From Pseudomonadota bacterium (GTDB lineage: Bacteria > Pseudomonadota > Gammaproteobacteria > Thiohalomonadales > Thiohalomonadaceae): 64,000 nucleotides of DNA. The DNA is taken from the NCBI GenBank assembly GCA_040755915.1, contig JBFLWM010000035.1, positions 6,362-70,361 on the forward strand, given 5' to 3'. Positions 41,211 to 52,772 of the stretch are shown in pieces. The position numbers and the translations under genes are program-made. Numbering within the stretch: the first letter of the stretch is position 1; the number at the start of each line of letters is the position of its first letter. Under the pieces are notes generated by a model. That model saw only the letters and a program-made list of their open reading frames with translations, was not told the origin of the DNA and did not search any database.

Positions 41211-41407
41211 CCGGCCACCGGGTAGCCGAGTTCGGCCAGCTTGGCGGTGAGGGCGGCGCGATCCAGGCCTTCGCCGCGCACCGTCACCTGTCCGGCCAGG
41301 GTCACCTCCACGGCACTGACGCCGGGCAGGTCCTTGAGGCCGTTGTGGATGTTGGCGACGCAGCCGCCGCACTTGACGTTCTTCACGCTGAACTCTTCCG
41401 TTTGCAT
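41207..41407 (-). CDS. Small heavy-metal-associated (HMA) domain protein
   Basis: 66 aa with ferredoxin-like HMA layout and a C-G-G-C metal-site motif ([10 protein letters not shown]). GGGAGG SD. It overlaps the kdsD start by 4 nt. Confidence 0.7.
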   Translation of the reverse strand: MQTEEFSVKNVKCGGCVANIHNGLKDLPGVSAVEVTLAGQVTVRGEGLDRAALTAKLAELGYPVAG

Positions 41408-41419
41408 CGGTCGCCTCCC

Positions 41420-42412
41420 TTACTGGGTGCTGGCGTGGAACAACAGGCCCATGTAGGCGATGAAGCCTATCAGCAGGATGCCGCCCTCCGGCCGGTTGAT
41501 GCGGCCCTGGCCGCGGAAGCCGTAGGCGAAGGCGAACAGCAGCACGGTGAAACCGAACATGATGGGGAAGTCGCGCGTCATCACGTCGTCCGGGGTCGCC
41601 AGCGGGTGGATCAGGCCGGGCAGGCCGAGCACGGCCAGCAGATTGAACATATTGGAGCCCAACACGTTGCCGATGGCAATGTCGTCCTCCCCCTTGAGGG
41701 CGCCGGTAATGGAGGCCGCCAGTTCCGGCAGGCTGGTGCCGATGGCGACGATGGTCAGGCCGATGATGAGGTCGGGCACGCCGAAATGCTGCGCCACGTT
41801 GACCGCGCCCCACACCAGCAGGCGCGAGCTGAGCAGCAGGACCACCAGCCCGAACGCCACCCAGAACAGGGCGCGGCCCATGGCCATGTCGGCCGGTATC
41901 TCCTCGGCAAATTCATCCTGCAGCGGGTCGCAGGCCTGTACCGCCGGGTCGCAGGCACGTTCGCGCAGGCCCAGGCCCACCAGCCAGTACACCATCAGGC
42001 CGAAACCGGCCAGCAGGATTACGCCGTCGATACGGCTGAGCTCGCCATCCAGCAGCAGGATCAGGGCCAGGGTGGTGACGGCGAACAGGATGGGGAACTC
42101 GCGGCGCAGGGTTTCCGAATGCACCGACAGCGGGGCGATGAGGGCGGTGAGGCCCAGCACCAGGCCGACGTTGGTGATGTTGGAGCCGATGGCATTGCCC
42201 ACCGCGATGCCGGGATTGCCGGCCCAGGCCGCCATGGCCGAGACCAGCATCTCCGGCGCCGAGGTGCCGAAGCCGACAATGGTCAGGCCGATGATCAGGG
42301 GCGAGACGCCCAGGTTGCGGGCGGTGGCGGCGGCGCCGGTGACGAAACGGTCGGCGCCCCACACCAGCAGCACGAAGCCGCCGAGGATGGCAAGAAACGA
42401 GGTCCAGAGCAT
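41420..42412 (-). CDS. yrbG: Ca2+/Na+ antiporter family protein (YrbG, CaCA)
   Basis: Two alpha-repeat signatures, [12 protein letters not shown] and [12 protein letters not shown], and about 10 TM helices. I prefer ATG 42412 over the track start 42451. Confidence 0.9.
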   Translation of the reverse strand: MLWTSFLAILGGFVLLVWGADRFVTGAAATARNLGVSPLIIGLTIVGFGTSAPEMLVSAMAAWAGNPGIAVGNAIGSNITNVGLVLGLTALIAPLSVHSETLRREFPILFAVTTLALILLLDGELSRIDGVILLAGFGLMVYWLVGLGLRERACDPAVQACDPLQDEFAEEIPADMAMGRALFWVAFGLVVLLLSSRLLVWGAVNVAQHFGVPDLIIGLTIVAIGTSLPELAASITGALKGEDDIAIGNVLGSNMFNLLAVLGLPGLIHPLATPDDVMTRDFPIMFGFTVLLFAFAYGFRGQGRINRPEGGILLIGFIAYMGLLFHASTQ

Positions 42413-42522
42413 GGTTATCCAGTCGAAAAGGAGAGGCGGGCATTCTGCCACAAGAGGGGATGGGCGAGATACGAGGGGACTGGGGCGTCGTATCCGGTAT
42501 CCCCGGGGCGTGGTCAGGGCCG

Positions 42523-43269
42523 TTACTGTGCCGGCGGCTCATCCGGCGGCAGGTCTTCAAATTCGTCGAAATCGAACTCAGGTGCCGGCGGGTTGCCGTC
42601 GTAAACCCGGTTTTCCCGCATCTGCAGCCAGGATTCGCGCATGAACAGGTAGGGGTCGAGGGCCCCCTGTTCCATCAGGCGGGTGGTGCGCAGCAGGCCG
42701 GCGCGGGTGTCCACGGCGCCGAGACCGATGAGGGTATAGCGGGCCCCGTCGCTCTCCACCTCGTTGAGGAGGTTGAACTGGCTGTAGTCCACCGCCAGGC
42801 CGGTGCCGTCGCGCAGGGAGCTGGGACCGAGAATGGGCAGCACCAGATAGGGGCCGGAGCCCACGCCCCAGTAACCCAGGGTCTGGCCGAAGTCCTCTTC
42901 GTGCTTGGTCAGGCCCATGGGGGTGGCGACGTCGATGAGGCCGCCGATGCCGACGGTGGTGTTCCACAGCAGGCGCGAGAAATCGGAGGCCGCCTGGCGG
43001 AACTTCAGCTGCAGCAGGTCGTTGGCCAGGACCACCACATCGCCCAGATTGCTGAAGAAATTCGATACACCAGTACGCGCCGTCTGCGGCACCACCTCGA
43101 CATAGCCTTCGGCCACCGGTTTCAGGATCTTGTTGTCGAAGTCGGTGTTGAAGTCATACATGCCGCGGTTGAAGCTTTCCCAGGGATCGCGCGGGTCGCG
43201 CTCGCCGGGGACGGTGGCGCAGCCGGTGAGGGCGAGGAGCAGGGGAAGGAGAAGGAAGCGCGGGCTCAC
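42523..43269 (-). CDS. mlaA: Outer-membrane lipid asymmetry lipoprotein MlaA (VacJ)
   Basis: 248 aa with lipobox LALTGC and the conserved DPWESFNRGMYDFN VacJ motif. Confidence 0.9.
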   Translation of the reverse strand: MSPRFLLLPLLLALTGCATVPGERDPRDPWESFNRGMYDFNTDFDNKILKPVAEGYVEVVPQTARTGVSNFFSNLGDVVVLANDLLQLKFRQAASDFSRLLWNTTVGIGGLIDVATPMGLTKHEEDFGQTLGYWGVGSGPYLVLPILGPSSLRDGTGLAVDYSQFNLLNEVESDGARYTLIGLGAVDTRAGLLRTTRLMEQGALDPYLFMRESWLQMRENRVYDGNPPAPEFDFDEFEDLPPDEPPAQ

Positions 43270-43354
43270 GGTTGGAGGTTTTCTGGTTGGTGTTGGTTTT
43301 CGCGTGGAACGAGCGGCACCTTACCTCATTTTTCCTGAACCTGAAATCCGGTAG

Positions 43355-43540
43355 TTACTTCGCCTCCGTCTTGGTCGCGCCGCAGCGGGCGCAGCGGTAG
43401 AGGGTCACCAGCCGGCCGAGCTTGACGTCGAAGGGGCGGGCCGTTTGTATCTCCCAGCGGTGAAAGCCGCTCTTGCACAGGGTCTTGCCCTTGTGTTTCT
43501 CGGCGGGAGAGGGGCGTTTGAAGGGGAGAATCTCGGCCAT
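43355..43540 (-). CDS. Hypothetical small Cys-containing protein (possible zinc ribbon)
   Basis: 61 aa from ATG 43540: MAEILPFKRPSPAEKHKGKTLCKSGFHRWEI...YRCARCG. It has C-x4-H and C-x2-C pairs. I recognise no family with confidence. Confidence 0.45.
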   Translation of the reverse strand: MAEILPFKRPSPAEKHKGKTLCKSGFHRWEIQTARPFDVKLGRLVTLYRCARCGATKTEAK

Positions 43541-43641
43541 GAACGGCAGTTTCAGGTCTCGGGTGGCAAGTTGCAAGGGGCGCCGGGCCACTGTGTTTAT
43601 ACTTGAGGCCCCGCCAGTTCAAGAGTGCGAAACGCGAAGTC

Positions 43642-44085
43642 ATGTTTATTGCTGCCTGCGGCTGGGACCACGACGGCTGGTCCGGCTCCTTCTATCCCGA
43701 CGACCTGCCGCCCGAGTGGCGACTGACCTATTACGGCAACGAGTTCCGCGCCGTGGTGGTCCCTGCCGCCCTGTGGCAACGGGCCGATGCGGCGACGGCG
43801 GCGCAATGGGTGGCGGATACGGCGGAGGATTTTTGCTTTCTGCTGGAGGCGGCGAACACACCGCCGCCGGCGACACTGCGGGAGGCACTCGCAGATCGCT
43901 ATGCTGGCGTGGCGGGCGAAGGGGGGCTTCCCGTGCTGCGCTGGGAGGGCGGGGCCGATGCCCGCGCCCTGCGTGCCGCCATCGAGGCCCTTCCGGTACA
44001 CGGCGTGTTGCTGATTGCCGGTGCGCCGCCGTCGCTGCAAGCCCTGCGCACTGCGCAGACCATCACACAATTGCTCGGTCGCTGA
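43642..44085 (+). CDS. Short DUF72-like protein (resembles only the N-terminal half of the family)
   Basis: 147 aa. The N-terminus FIAACGWDHDGWSGSFYPDDLPPEWRLTYYGNEFRAV resembles the DUF72 G-W-x-W-x-G-x-F-Y-P...L-x-Y-Y signature. The remainder is Ala-rich and much shorter than typical members. Confidence 0.45.
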   Translation: MFIAACGWDHDGWSGSFYPDDLPPEWRLTYYGNEFRAVVVPAALWQRADAATAAQWVADTAEDFCFLLEAANTPPPATLREALADRYAGVAGEGGLPVLRWEGGADARALRAAIEALPVHGVLLIAGAPPSLQALRTAQTITQLLGR

Positions 44086-44168
44086 CGGTTGACGGCGCGG
44101 CACAAGTCGCCGACACTGCCGCCTCAACAAGGAGCGTCGCATGGCCCCCGCCGGGGCCTTTTGTTTAT

Positions 44169-44993
44169 ATGACCGAAGACTCGAATTCACCGCTGGTACA
44201 GGTTCGCGGGCTGCGCTTTGCGCGCGGTAGCCGCCCCATCTTCGACGGCGTCGACCTCGACATCCGTCGCGGCCAGGTCACCGCCATCATGGGGCCGAGC
44301 GGCACCGGCAAGACCACCCTGCTCAAGCTCATCGGCGGCCAGCTGCGCCCCGATGCCGGCAGCATCACCGTCGACGGCCAGGACGTGCACCGCCTCAGCC
44401 ACCGCGGGCTGTACGACCTGCGCAAGCGCATGGGCATGCTGTTCCAGTCCGGCGCCCTGCTCACCGACCTCAACGTCTACGAGAACGTCGCCTTTCCGCT
44501 GCGCGAGCACACCGACCTGCCGGAGCCGATGATCCGCGATCTGGTGCTGATGAAGCTGGAGGCCGTCGGCCTGCGCGGGGCGCGCGGCCTGATGGCCAAC
44601 GAACTGTCCGGCGGCATGGCGCGCCGCGTCGCCCTGGCCCGCGCCATCGCCCTGGACCCGATGATGATCATGTACGACGAGCCGTTCACCGGGCAGGACC
44701 CCATCTCCATGGGCGTGCTGGTGAAACTGATCCGTTCCCTCAACGACGCCCTGGGCCTGTCCTCGATCATCGTCTCCCATGACGTGCAGGAGACGGCGGC
44801 GATTTCCGATTACATCTACCTGCTGTCCGGCGGCAAGGTGGTGGCCCACGGCACGCCGGCGGAACTGGGCCGCTCCAGCTCCGACTGGGCGCAGCAGTTC
44901 CTGCAGGGGCTGCCCGACGGGCCGGTGCCGTTCCATTACCGCGCCGCGCCCTATGCCGAGGACCTGCTGGCCGGGCGCGAGGGGAGGGTTTGA
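44169..44993 (+). CDS. mlaF: Phospholipid ABC transporter ATP-binding protein MlaF
   Basis: All motifs are intact: [33 protein letters not shown] chose ATG 44169; the 506-aa track ORF upstream extension is rejected. Confidence 0.95.
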   Translation: MTEDSNSPLVQVRGLRFARGSRPIFDGVDLDIRRGQVTAIMGPSGTGKTTLLKLIGGQLRPDAGSITVDGQDVHRLSHRGLYDLRKRMGMLFQSGALLTDLNVYENVAFPLREHTDLPEPMIRDLVLMKLEAVGLRGARGLMANELSGGMARRVALARAIALDPMMIMYDEPFTGQDPISMGVLVKLIRSLNDALGLSSIIVSHDVQETAAISDYIYLLSGGKVVAHGTPAELGRSSSDWAQQFLQGLPDGPVPFHYRAAPYAEDLLAGREGRV

Positions 44994-45775
44994 TGCTGGA
45001 CTGGCTGGCGCAACTGGGCCGTCACGGCCTGAGCTTCTTCGAGCGCCTCGGGCGCGGCCATCTGCTGCTGCTGGCGTTGCTGCGCGGGGTGCCGGGCCTG
45101 GTGCTGCGGCCGCTGCTGGTGGTGCAGCAGGTGTACTCCATCGGTGTGCTGTCCCTGCTGATCATCGTGGTGTCCGGCGTGTTCGTCGGCATGGTGCTGG
45201 GCCTGCAGCTGTACAACACCCTGGTGGACTTCGGCGCCGAGGCGTCGCTGGGTCCGGTGATTGCGCTGACCCTGGTGCGCGAGCTGGGTCCGGTGGTGAC
45301 GGCCCTGCTGTTCGCCGGCCGTGCCGGCTCGGCCCTCACCGCCGAGATCGGCCTGATGAAGGCCACCGAGCAGCTGTCCGGCATGGAGATGATGGCGGTG
45401 GACCCGGTGAAGCGGGTGCTGGCGCCGCGCTTTCTCGGCGGTTTCATCGCCATGCCCCTGCTGGCGGCCATCTTCAGCCTGGTCGGTGTCTACGGCGGCT
45501 ATTTCGTCGGTGTCGGCCTCCTCGGCGTGGACGAGGGCAGCTACTGGTCGCAGATGCAGTCGATGGTGGATTTCGACGACGATGTGATGAACGGCGTGAT
45601 CAAGAGCCTGGTATTCGGCGTGGTGGTGACCTGGATCGCCGTGTTCGAGGGTAATGATGCCGTGCCCACCTCGGAAGGGGTGAGCCGGGCGACGACCCGT
45701 ACCGTGGTGCATTCCTCCCTGGCGGTGCTGGGACTGGATTTCGTGTTGACGGCCCTGATGTTCGGAGTGGACTGA
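44990..45775 (+). CDS. mlaE: Phospholipid ABC transporter permease MlaE
   Basis: 261-aa polytopic protein. It overlaps mlaF by 4 nt and mlaD by 1 nt. Confidence 0.95.
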   Translation: MMLDWLAQLGRHGLSFFERLGRGHLLLLALLRGVPGLVLRPLLVVQQVYSIGVLSLLIIVVSGVFVGMVLGLQLYNTLVDFGAEASLGPVIALTLVRELGPVVTALLFAGRAGSALTAEIGLMKATEQLSGMEMMAVDPVKRVLAPRFLGGFIAMPLLAAIFSLVGVYGGYFVGVGLLGVDEGSYWSQMQSMVDFDDDVMNGVIKSLVFGVVVTWIAVFEGNDAVPTSEGVSRATTRTVVHSSLAVLGLDFVLTALMFGVD

Positions 45776-46245
45776 TGATGCAGGTAAGAACCGTAGAGAT
45801 TTGGGTCGGCGTGTTCGTGGCGGCGGGTCTGGCCGCACTGTTCATGCTGGCGATGCAGGTGAGCAACCTTACCGTGGTGGGGGACGACAAGGGCTATACC
45901 GTGACCGCCCGCTTCGAGAATGTCTCCGGCCTCAAGGTGCGTTCGCCGGTGACGGTGGCGGGGGTGCGCGTCGGCCGCGTCACCGCCATCGAGTTCGACC
46001 CGCAGACCTTCCAGGCCGTGGTGTTCATGCGTATCGGCGCCGGCTTCGACCAGTTGCCGCTGGATACCTCGGCCGCCGTGCTGACCTCCGGCCTGGTGGG
46101 CGAGAAGTACGTCGGCCTGGAGCCGGGCGGCGATATGGACGTGCTCAAGGACGGTGGCGAGATCAAGCTGACCCAGTCCACCCTGGTGCTGGAGCAGATG
46201 ATCGGCAAGTTCCTGTTCGACAAGGCGGAGACCGGCAAGGAGTGA
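45775..46245 (+). CDS. mlaD: Phospholipid ABC transporter substrate-binding protein MlaD
   Basis: 156 aa with an N-terminal TM helix and the MCE core (VSGLKVRSPVTVAGVRVGRVTAIEFD). Confidence 0.93.
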   Translation: MMQVRTVEIWVGVFVAAGLAALFMLAMQVSNLTVVGDDKGYTVTARFENVSGLKVRSPVTVAGVRVGRVTAIEFDPQTFQAVVFMRIGAGFDQLPLDTSAAVLTSGLVGEKYVGLEPGGDMDVLKDGGEIKLTQSTLVLEQMIGKFLFDKAETGKE

Positions 46246-46541
46246 GCACGCCCCGCATCGAGAACGGCGCCGACGGCCTGCGTGTCGCGGGCGATCTCAC
46301 CTTCGCCACCGTCACCGCCCTGCTGAATGGCAGCAGCGCGCTGTTCTCCGCCGGCAGCGGCCCGCTGTCGGTGGACCTGTCCGGCGTCGGCCGTGCCGAC
46401 AGTGCCGGACTGGCCCTGCTCATCGAGTGGTCGCGGCTGGCGCGCGCGGCCGGGCGTGAACTGCAGTTCCGGGCGGTCCCCGCCCAGATGCAGGCCATCG
46501 CCGCCGCCTCCGGACTGAGCGGCATCCTCGCCCTGGCCTGA
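46242..46541 (+). CDS. mlaB: STAS-domain protein MlaB
   Basis: 99 aa from GTG 46242, which overlaps the mlaD TGA (GTGA). STAS-like core VDLSGVGRADSAGLALLIEW. Confidence 0.75.
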   Translation: MSTPRIENGADGLRVAGDLTFATVTALLNGSSALFSAGSGPLSVDLSGVGRADSAGLALLIEWSRLARAAGRELQFRAVPAQMQAIAAASGLSGILALA

Positions 46542-46677
46542 GGCCGCCGCCCGGGGCGGCAAAACCCTTGCTGCAGCGGGCATTTCTGGGGGCTGCGTCC
46601 CGTTCTCCAGCTTACAAAATCGCGGTTCAGGGGGTATCATTCCTCCCCTTGTTTTTCAGGCACAGAGCGGAGCCCCC

Positions 46678-46935
46678 ATGGAACCGAGCGAGATCAAGCG
46701 GCTCATCGAGGCCGGCATCCCCGGCTGCGAGGCCATCGTGACCGGCGACGGCAGCCATTTCGACGCCACCGTGGTCAGTACGGCCTTCGAGGGTCTGTCC
46801 ATGGTCAAGGAACAGCAGCTGGTATACGCCACCCTGGGTGATCGCATCACCAGCGGCGCCATCCATGCCCTGTCCATCAAGGCCTACACGCCACAGGAGT
46901 GGGAGACCCAGCGCAAGCTGAAGGTGTCCTTCTGA
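46678..46935 (+). CDS. ibaG: BolA-family protein IbaG (YrbA)
   Basis: 85 aa BolA-like (GDGSHFDATVVS...VYATLGDRITSGAIHALSIKAYTPQEW). The position between the mla operon and murA fits. Confidence 0.85.
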   Translation: MEPSEIKRLIEAGIPGCEAIVTGDGSHFDATVVSTAFEGLSMVKEQQLVYATLGDRITSGAIHALSIKAYTPQEWETQRKLKVSF

Positions 46936-48922
<1,987 letters not shown>

Positions 48923-48926
<4 letters not shown>

Positions 48927-49002
48927 GAGCGGCTCTGCCGCGATGATTCCAGTCGCGGCACCGTCGCTTCGTATGGTTGAATCGCGGCAGAGCCGCTCCT
49001 AC
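48923..49002. repeat. REP-like perfect inverted repeat in the hisG-hisD spacer (family D, copy 1)
   Basis: GTAGGAGCGGCTCTGCCGCGAT (48923-48944) and its exact reverse complement ATCGCGGCAGAGCCGCTCCTAC (48981-49002), separated by 36 nt. The left arm contains the hisG TAG stop. Confidence 0.85.
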
Positions 49003-49013
49003 GGATGTTTGCA

Positions 49014-50312
49014 ATGACCATCAAACGACTCGATACCACCACCCCTGATTTCTGGAAGGCGCTGGAGCAGCTGCTGGCCTGGGAAGGCGTGTCCGACGAC
49101 AAGGTCAACGCCATCGTGCGCGAGATCCTGCAGGCGGTGAAGCAGCGCGGTGACGCGGCGGTGCTGGAATACACCAACCGCTTCGATCGCATGCAGGCCA
49201 CGAGCATGGCCGAACTGGAGATCCCGCGGGCGCAGCTTGAGGCGGCGCTGGGCAAGATCAGCCCCGAACAGCGCCGTGCCCTGGAGCTGTCGGCGGCGCG
49301 CGTGCGCGCCTATCACGAACACCAGAAGGTGGATTCCTGGAGCTACACCGAGGCCGACGGCACCCTGCTGGGTCAGCAGGTGACGCCGCTGGATCGTGTC
49401 GGCCTGTATGTGCCGGGCGGCAAGGCGGCCTATCCGTCGTCGGTGCTGATGAATGCCATTCCCGCCAAGGTGGCCGGGGTGGAGGAACTGATCATGGTGG
49501 TGCCGACACCGGACGGCGTGGTCAACGAGCTGGTGTTCGCCGCTGCCGCAGTGGCGGGTGTCGATCGCGTGTTCGCCATCGGCGGTGCCCAGGCTGTGGC
49601 GGCGCTGGCCTATGGCACAGAGAGTGTGCCGCAGGTGGACAAGATCGTCGGCCCCGGCAACATCTACGTCGCCACCGCCAAGGGCATGGTATTCGGCTCC
49701 GTCGGCATCGACATGATCGCCGGCCCCTCCGAGATCCTCATCGTCTGCGACGGCCAGACCGATCCGGACTGGATCGCCATGGACCTGTTCTCCCAGGCCG
49801 AGCACGACGAGGACGCGCAGTCCATCCTGCTCTGCCCCGATGCCGCCTTCCTCGAGGCGGTGCAGGAGAGCATCGCGCGTCTGTTGCCCACCATGGAGCG
49901 CGCCGAGATCATCCGCACCTCACTGTACGCGCGCGGCGCGCTGATCAAGGTGCGCGACCTCGACGAGGCCGTCGCCGTGGCCAACCACATCGCGCCGGAA
50001 CACCTCGAGCTGTCGGTGGCCGACCCGCAGGCGATGGCCAAGAAGATCAAGCACGCCGGCGCCATCTTCATGGGCCGCCACACCGCCGAGGCGGTGGGCG
50101 ACTACTGCGCCGGCCCCAACCATGTGCTGCCCACCTCGCGCACCGCGCGCTTCTCCTCGCCGCTCGGCGTGTACGACTTCCAGAAGCGCTCCTCGCTCAT
50201 CATGTGCTCGCCGGACGGCGCCTCGGAGCTGGGCAAGGTGGCCTCGGTGCTGGCGCGGGGCGAGGGCCTCACCGCCCATGCCCGTTCCGCCGAATTCCGC
50301 ATCAAGTCGTAA
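49014..50312 (+). CDS. hisD: Histidinol dehydrogenase
   Basis: About 432 aa of conserved HisD core (…[10 protein letters not shown]…QAEHDE…). ATG 49014 or 49005 is possible. Confidence 0.95.
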   Translation: MTIKRLDTTTPDFWKALEQLLAWEGVSDDKVNAIVREILQAVKQRGDAAVLEYTNRFDRMQATSMAELEIPRAQLEAALGKISPEQRRALELSAARVRAYHEHQKVDSWSYTEADGTLLGQQVTPLDRVGLYVPGGKAAYPSSVLMNAIPAKVAGVEELIMVVPTPDGVVNELVFAAAAVAGVDRVFAIGGAQAVAALAYGTESVPQVDKIVGPGNIYVATAKGMVFGSVGIDMIAGPSEILIVCDGQTDPDWIAMDLFSQAEHDEDAQSILLCPDAAFLEAVQESIARLLPTMERAEIIRTSLYARGALIKVRDLDEAVAVANHIAPEHLELSVADPQAMAKKIKHAGAIFMGRHTAEAVGDYCAGPNHVLPTSRTARFSSPLGVYDFQKRSSLIMCSPDGASELGKVASVLARGEGLTAHARSAEFRIKS

Positions 50313-50324
50313 TCGGAGCACGCC

Positions 50325-51383
50325 ATGAGCCGCTACTGGAGCCCGCTGGTGCACCGGCTGTCGCCCTACGTCCCGGGCGAGCAGCCCAGGATGCCGAATC
50401 TGGTCAAGCTCAACACCAACGAGAATCCCTACGGGCCCTCGCCGCGCGCCCTGGCGGCGATCAGTGCCGCGGTGAACGACGGTCTGCGCCTGTACCCCGA
50501 TCCCACCGGCATGCAGCTGCGCCAGGCGGTGGCCGACTACTACGGCCTCACCCCCGCGCAGGTGTTCGTCGGCAACGGCTCCGACGAAGTGCTGGCCCAT
50601 GTGTTCCTCGGCCTGTTCCAGCATCCGGCGCCGCTGCTGTTCCCCGACATCACCTACAGCTTCTACCCGGTGTACTGCGGCCTGTACGGCATCGACTACC
50701 GGACGGTGCCGCTGACCGACGATTTCGAGCTGCGCGTCGCCGACTATCTGCACCCCAACGCCGGCATCATCTTCGCCAACCCCAACGCCCCTACCGGCCG
50801 CCTGCTGCCGCTGGCGGAGATCGAGTGGCTGCTGCAACGCAACACCGAGTCGGTGGTGGTGGTGGACGAGGCCTACGTGGACTTCGGCGGTGACAGCGCT
50901 GTTGCCCTGGTGAACAAATATCCCAACCTGCTGGTGGTGCAGACTCTGTCCAAGTCGCGCTCCCTCGCCGGCCTGCGCGTCGGCTTCGCCCTTGGGCATC
51001 CTGACCTTATCCAGGCGCTGGAGCGGGTGAAGGACAGCTTCAATTCCTATCCGCTGGACCGTCTCGCCCTCATCGGTGGCGTGGCGGCGATGGAGGACCA
51101 CGAGCACTTCGAGCGTACCCGCCAGGCGGTAATCGCCAGCCGCGAGGCCCTGTGCCGCGAGCTGGAAAGCATGGGCTTCCGCATGCCGCCATCGGCGGCC
51201 AATTTCATCTTCGCGAGCCATCCGCAGCGCGATGCGGCGGAACTGGCGGCGGCGCTGCGCACCCGCGGCATCATCGTGCGCCACTTCCGCCTGCCGCGCA
51301 TCGATCAGCACCTGCGCATTACCATCGGCACTCCGGAGCAAAATGCCGCGCTGCTCGCGGCACTGGGCGAAATCCTCGCCTGA
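50325..51383 (+). CDS. hisC: Histidinol-phosphate aminotransferase
   Basis: 352 aa class-II aminotransferase with PLP-lysine context [14 protein letters not shown]. Confidence 0.93.
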   Translation: MSRYWSPLVHRLSPYVPGEQPRMPNLVKLNTNENPYGPSPRALAAISAAVNDGLRLYPDPTGMQLRQAVADYYGLTPAQVFVGNGSDEVLAHVFLGLFQHPAPLLFPDITYSFYPVYCGLYGIDYRTVPLTDDFELRVADYLHPNAGIIFANPNAPTGRLLPLAEIEWLLQRNTESVVVVDEAYVDFGGDSAVALVNKYPNLLVVQTLSKSRSLAGLRVGFALGHPDLIQALERVKDSFNSYPLDRLALIGGVAAMEDHEHFERTRQAVIASREALCRELESMGFRMPPSAANFIFASHPQRDAAELAAALRTRGIIVRHFRLPRIDQHLRITIGTPEQNAALLAALGEILA

Positions 51384-51487
51384 AAAGCCGACGTCTCTCC
51401 GGCGGATGGCTGCCCCCGCCCTTAGCGGCGCCACGGCAGCTCTGCTAGCATGCGCAGCACCTTTCTCCCGCTCAGGTAAGCAACGCG

Positions 51488-52240
<753 letters not shown>

Positions 52241-52244
52241 GACG

Positions 52245-52772
52245 ATGCAAAACCTGTTGCTGCAGCCGGTGGATTTTCAGGTGGAAAAGACCGCCTGGGG
52301 CACCTGGCGCCGGCATCTGTCGGCGCAGGGGAGTTACTACGCGGAATTTGCCTCCCACGCCGAACTGCTCGGCTGGCCGCTGCTGCACTACACCCGTGGC
52401 ATCAACCCGCAGACCGGAAGGCGCACCACGGCGCGCGGGGTGATCGCCGTGGGGCGTGTGGCGGTGGGTGGCATTGCCCTGGGGCAGGCGGCCTTTGGTC
52501 TGTGTGCCATCGGGCAGGCCGGGTTGGGTCTGCTGTTCGGGCTGGGGCAGGCCGCCAGCGGCTGGTACGCGCTGGGGCAGCTGGCGCTGGGGGTGGAGTT
52601 CGGCATCGGCCAGCTGGCGACGGGTTACACCGCCGTCGGACAGCTTGCTCTCGGCGAGTACGTGCTGGCCCAGCTGGGCATCGGCAGCCACCTGTGGACG
52701 CCGGAGCAGAGCGATCCGGCTGCGGTGGCCCACTTCACGGCGCTGTGGGAAAAGTTTCGCGTACTGTTCTGA
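52245..52772 (+). CDS. Hypothetical protein with about eight G-Q-x-A-x-G decapeptide repeats
   Basis: 175 aa from ATG 52245, 4 nt after the terC-family stop. The central region reads GIALGQAAFG LCAIGQAGLG LLFGLGQAASG WYALGQLALG VEFGIGQLATG YTAVGQLALG. I recognise no family. Confidence 0.5.
   Translation: MQNLLLQPVDFQVEKTAWGTWRRHLSAQGSYYAEFASHAELLGWPLLHYTRGINPQTGRRTTARGVIAVGRVAVGGIALGQAAFGLCAIGQAGLGLLFGLGQAASGWYALGQLALGVEFGIGQLATGYTAVGQLALGEYVLAQLGIGSHLWTPEQSDPAAVAHFTALWEKFRVLF

Noticed and set aside
41211-41813. Upstream extension of the kdsD ORF (529-aa track ORF)
   Set aside because: The extension is low-complexity sequence and overlaps the HMA gene and the yrbG 3' end. SIS-domain homology starts at ATG 41210.
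43473-44168. N-terminal extension of the mlaF ORF (506-aa track ORF)
   Set aside because: The upstream part is Arg/Gly/Ala-rich with no ABC similarity, and it overlaps the DUF72-like gene in another frame. MlaF homology begins at ATG 44169.
51384-51487. Possible yybP-ykoY (Mn2+) riboswitch upstream of the TerC-family gene
   Set aside because: No four-way-junction-like pairing and none of the conserved G/A-rich loop sequences were visible. An Infernal scan would be decisive, but by eye there is nothing to support it.
52434-52695. About 30-nt periodic DNA repeats that might suggest a CRISPR-like or VNTR array
   Set aside because: The units are imperfect, contiguous without spacers, and in frame. 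They are explained by the decapeptide repeats of the encoded protein.
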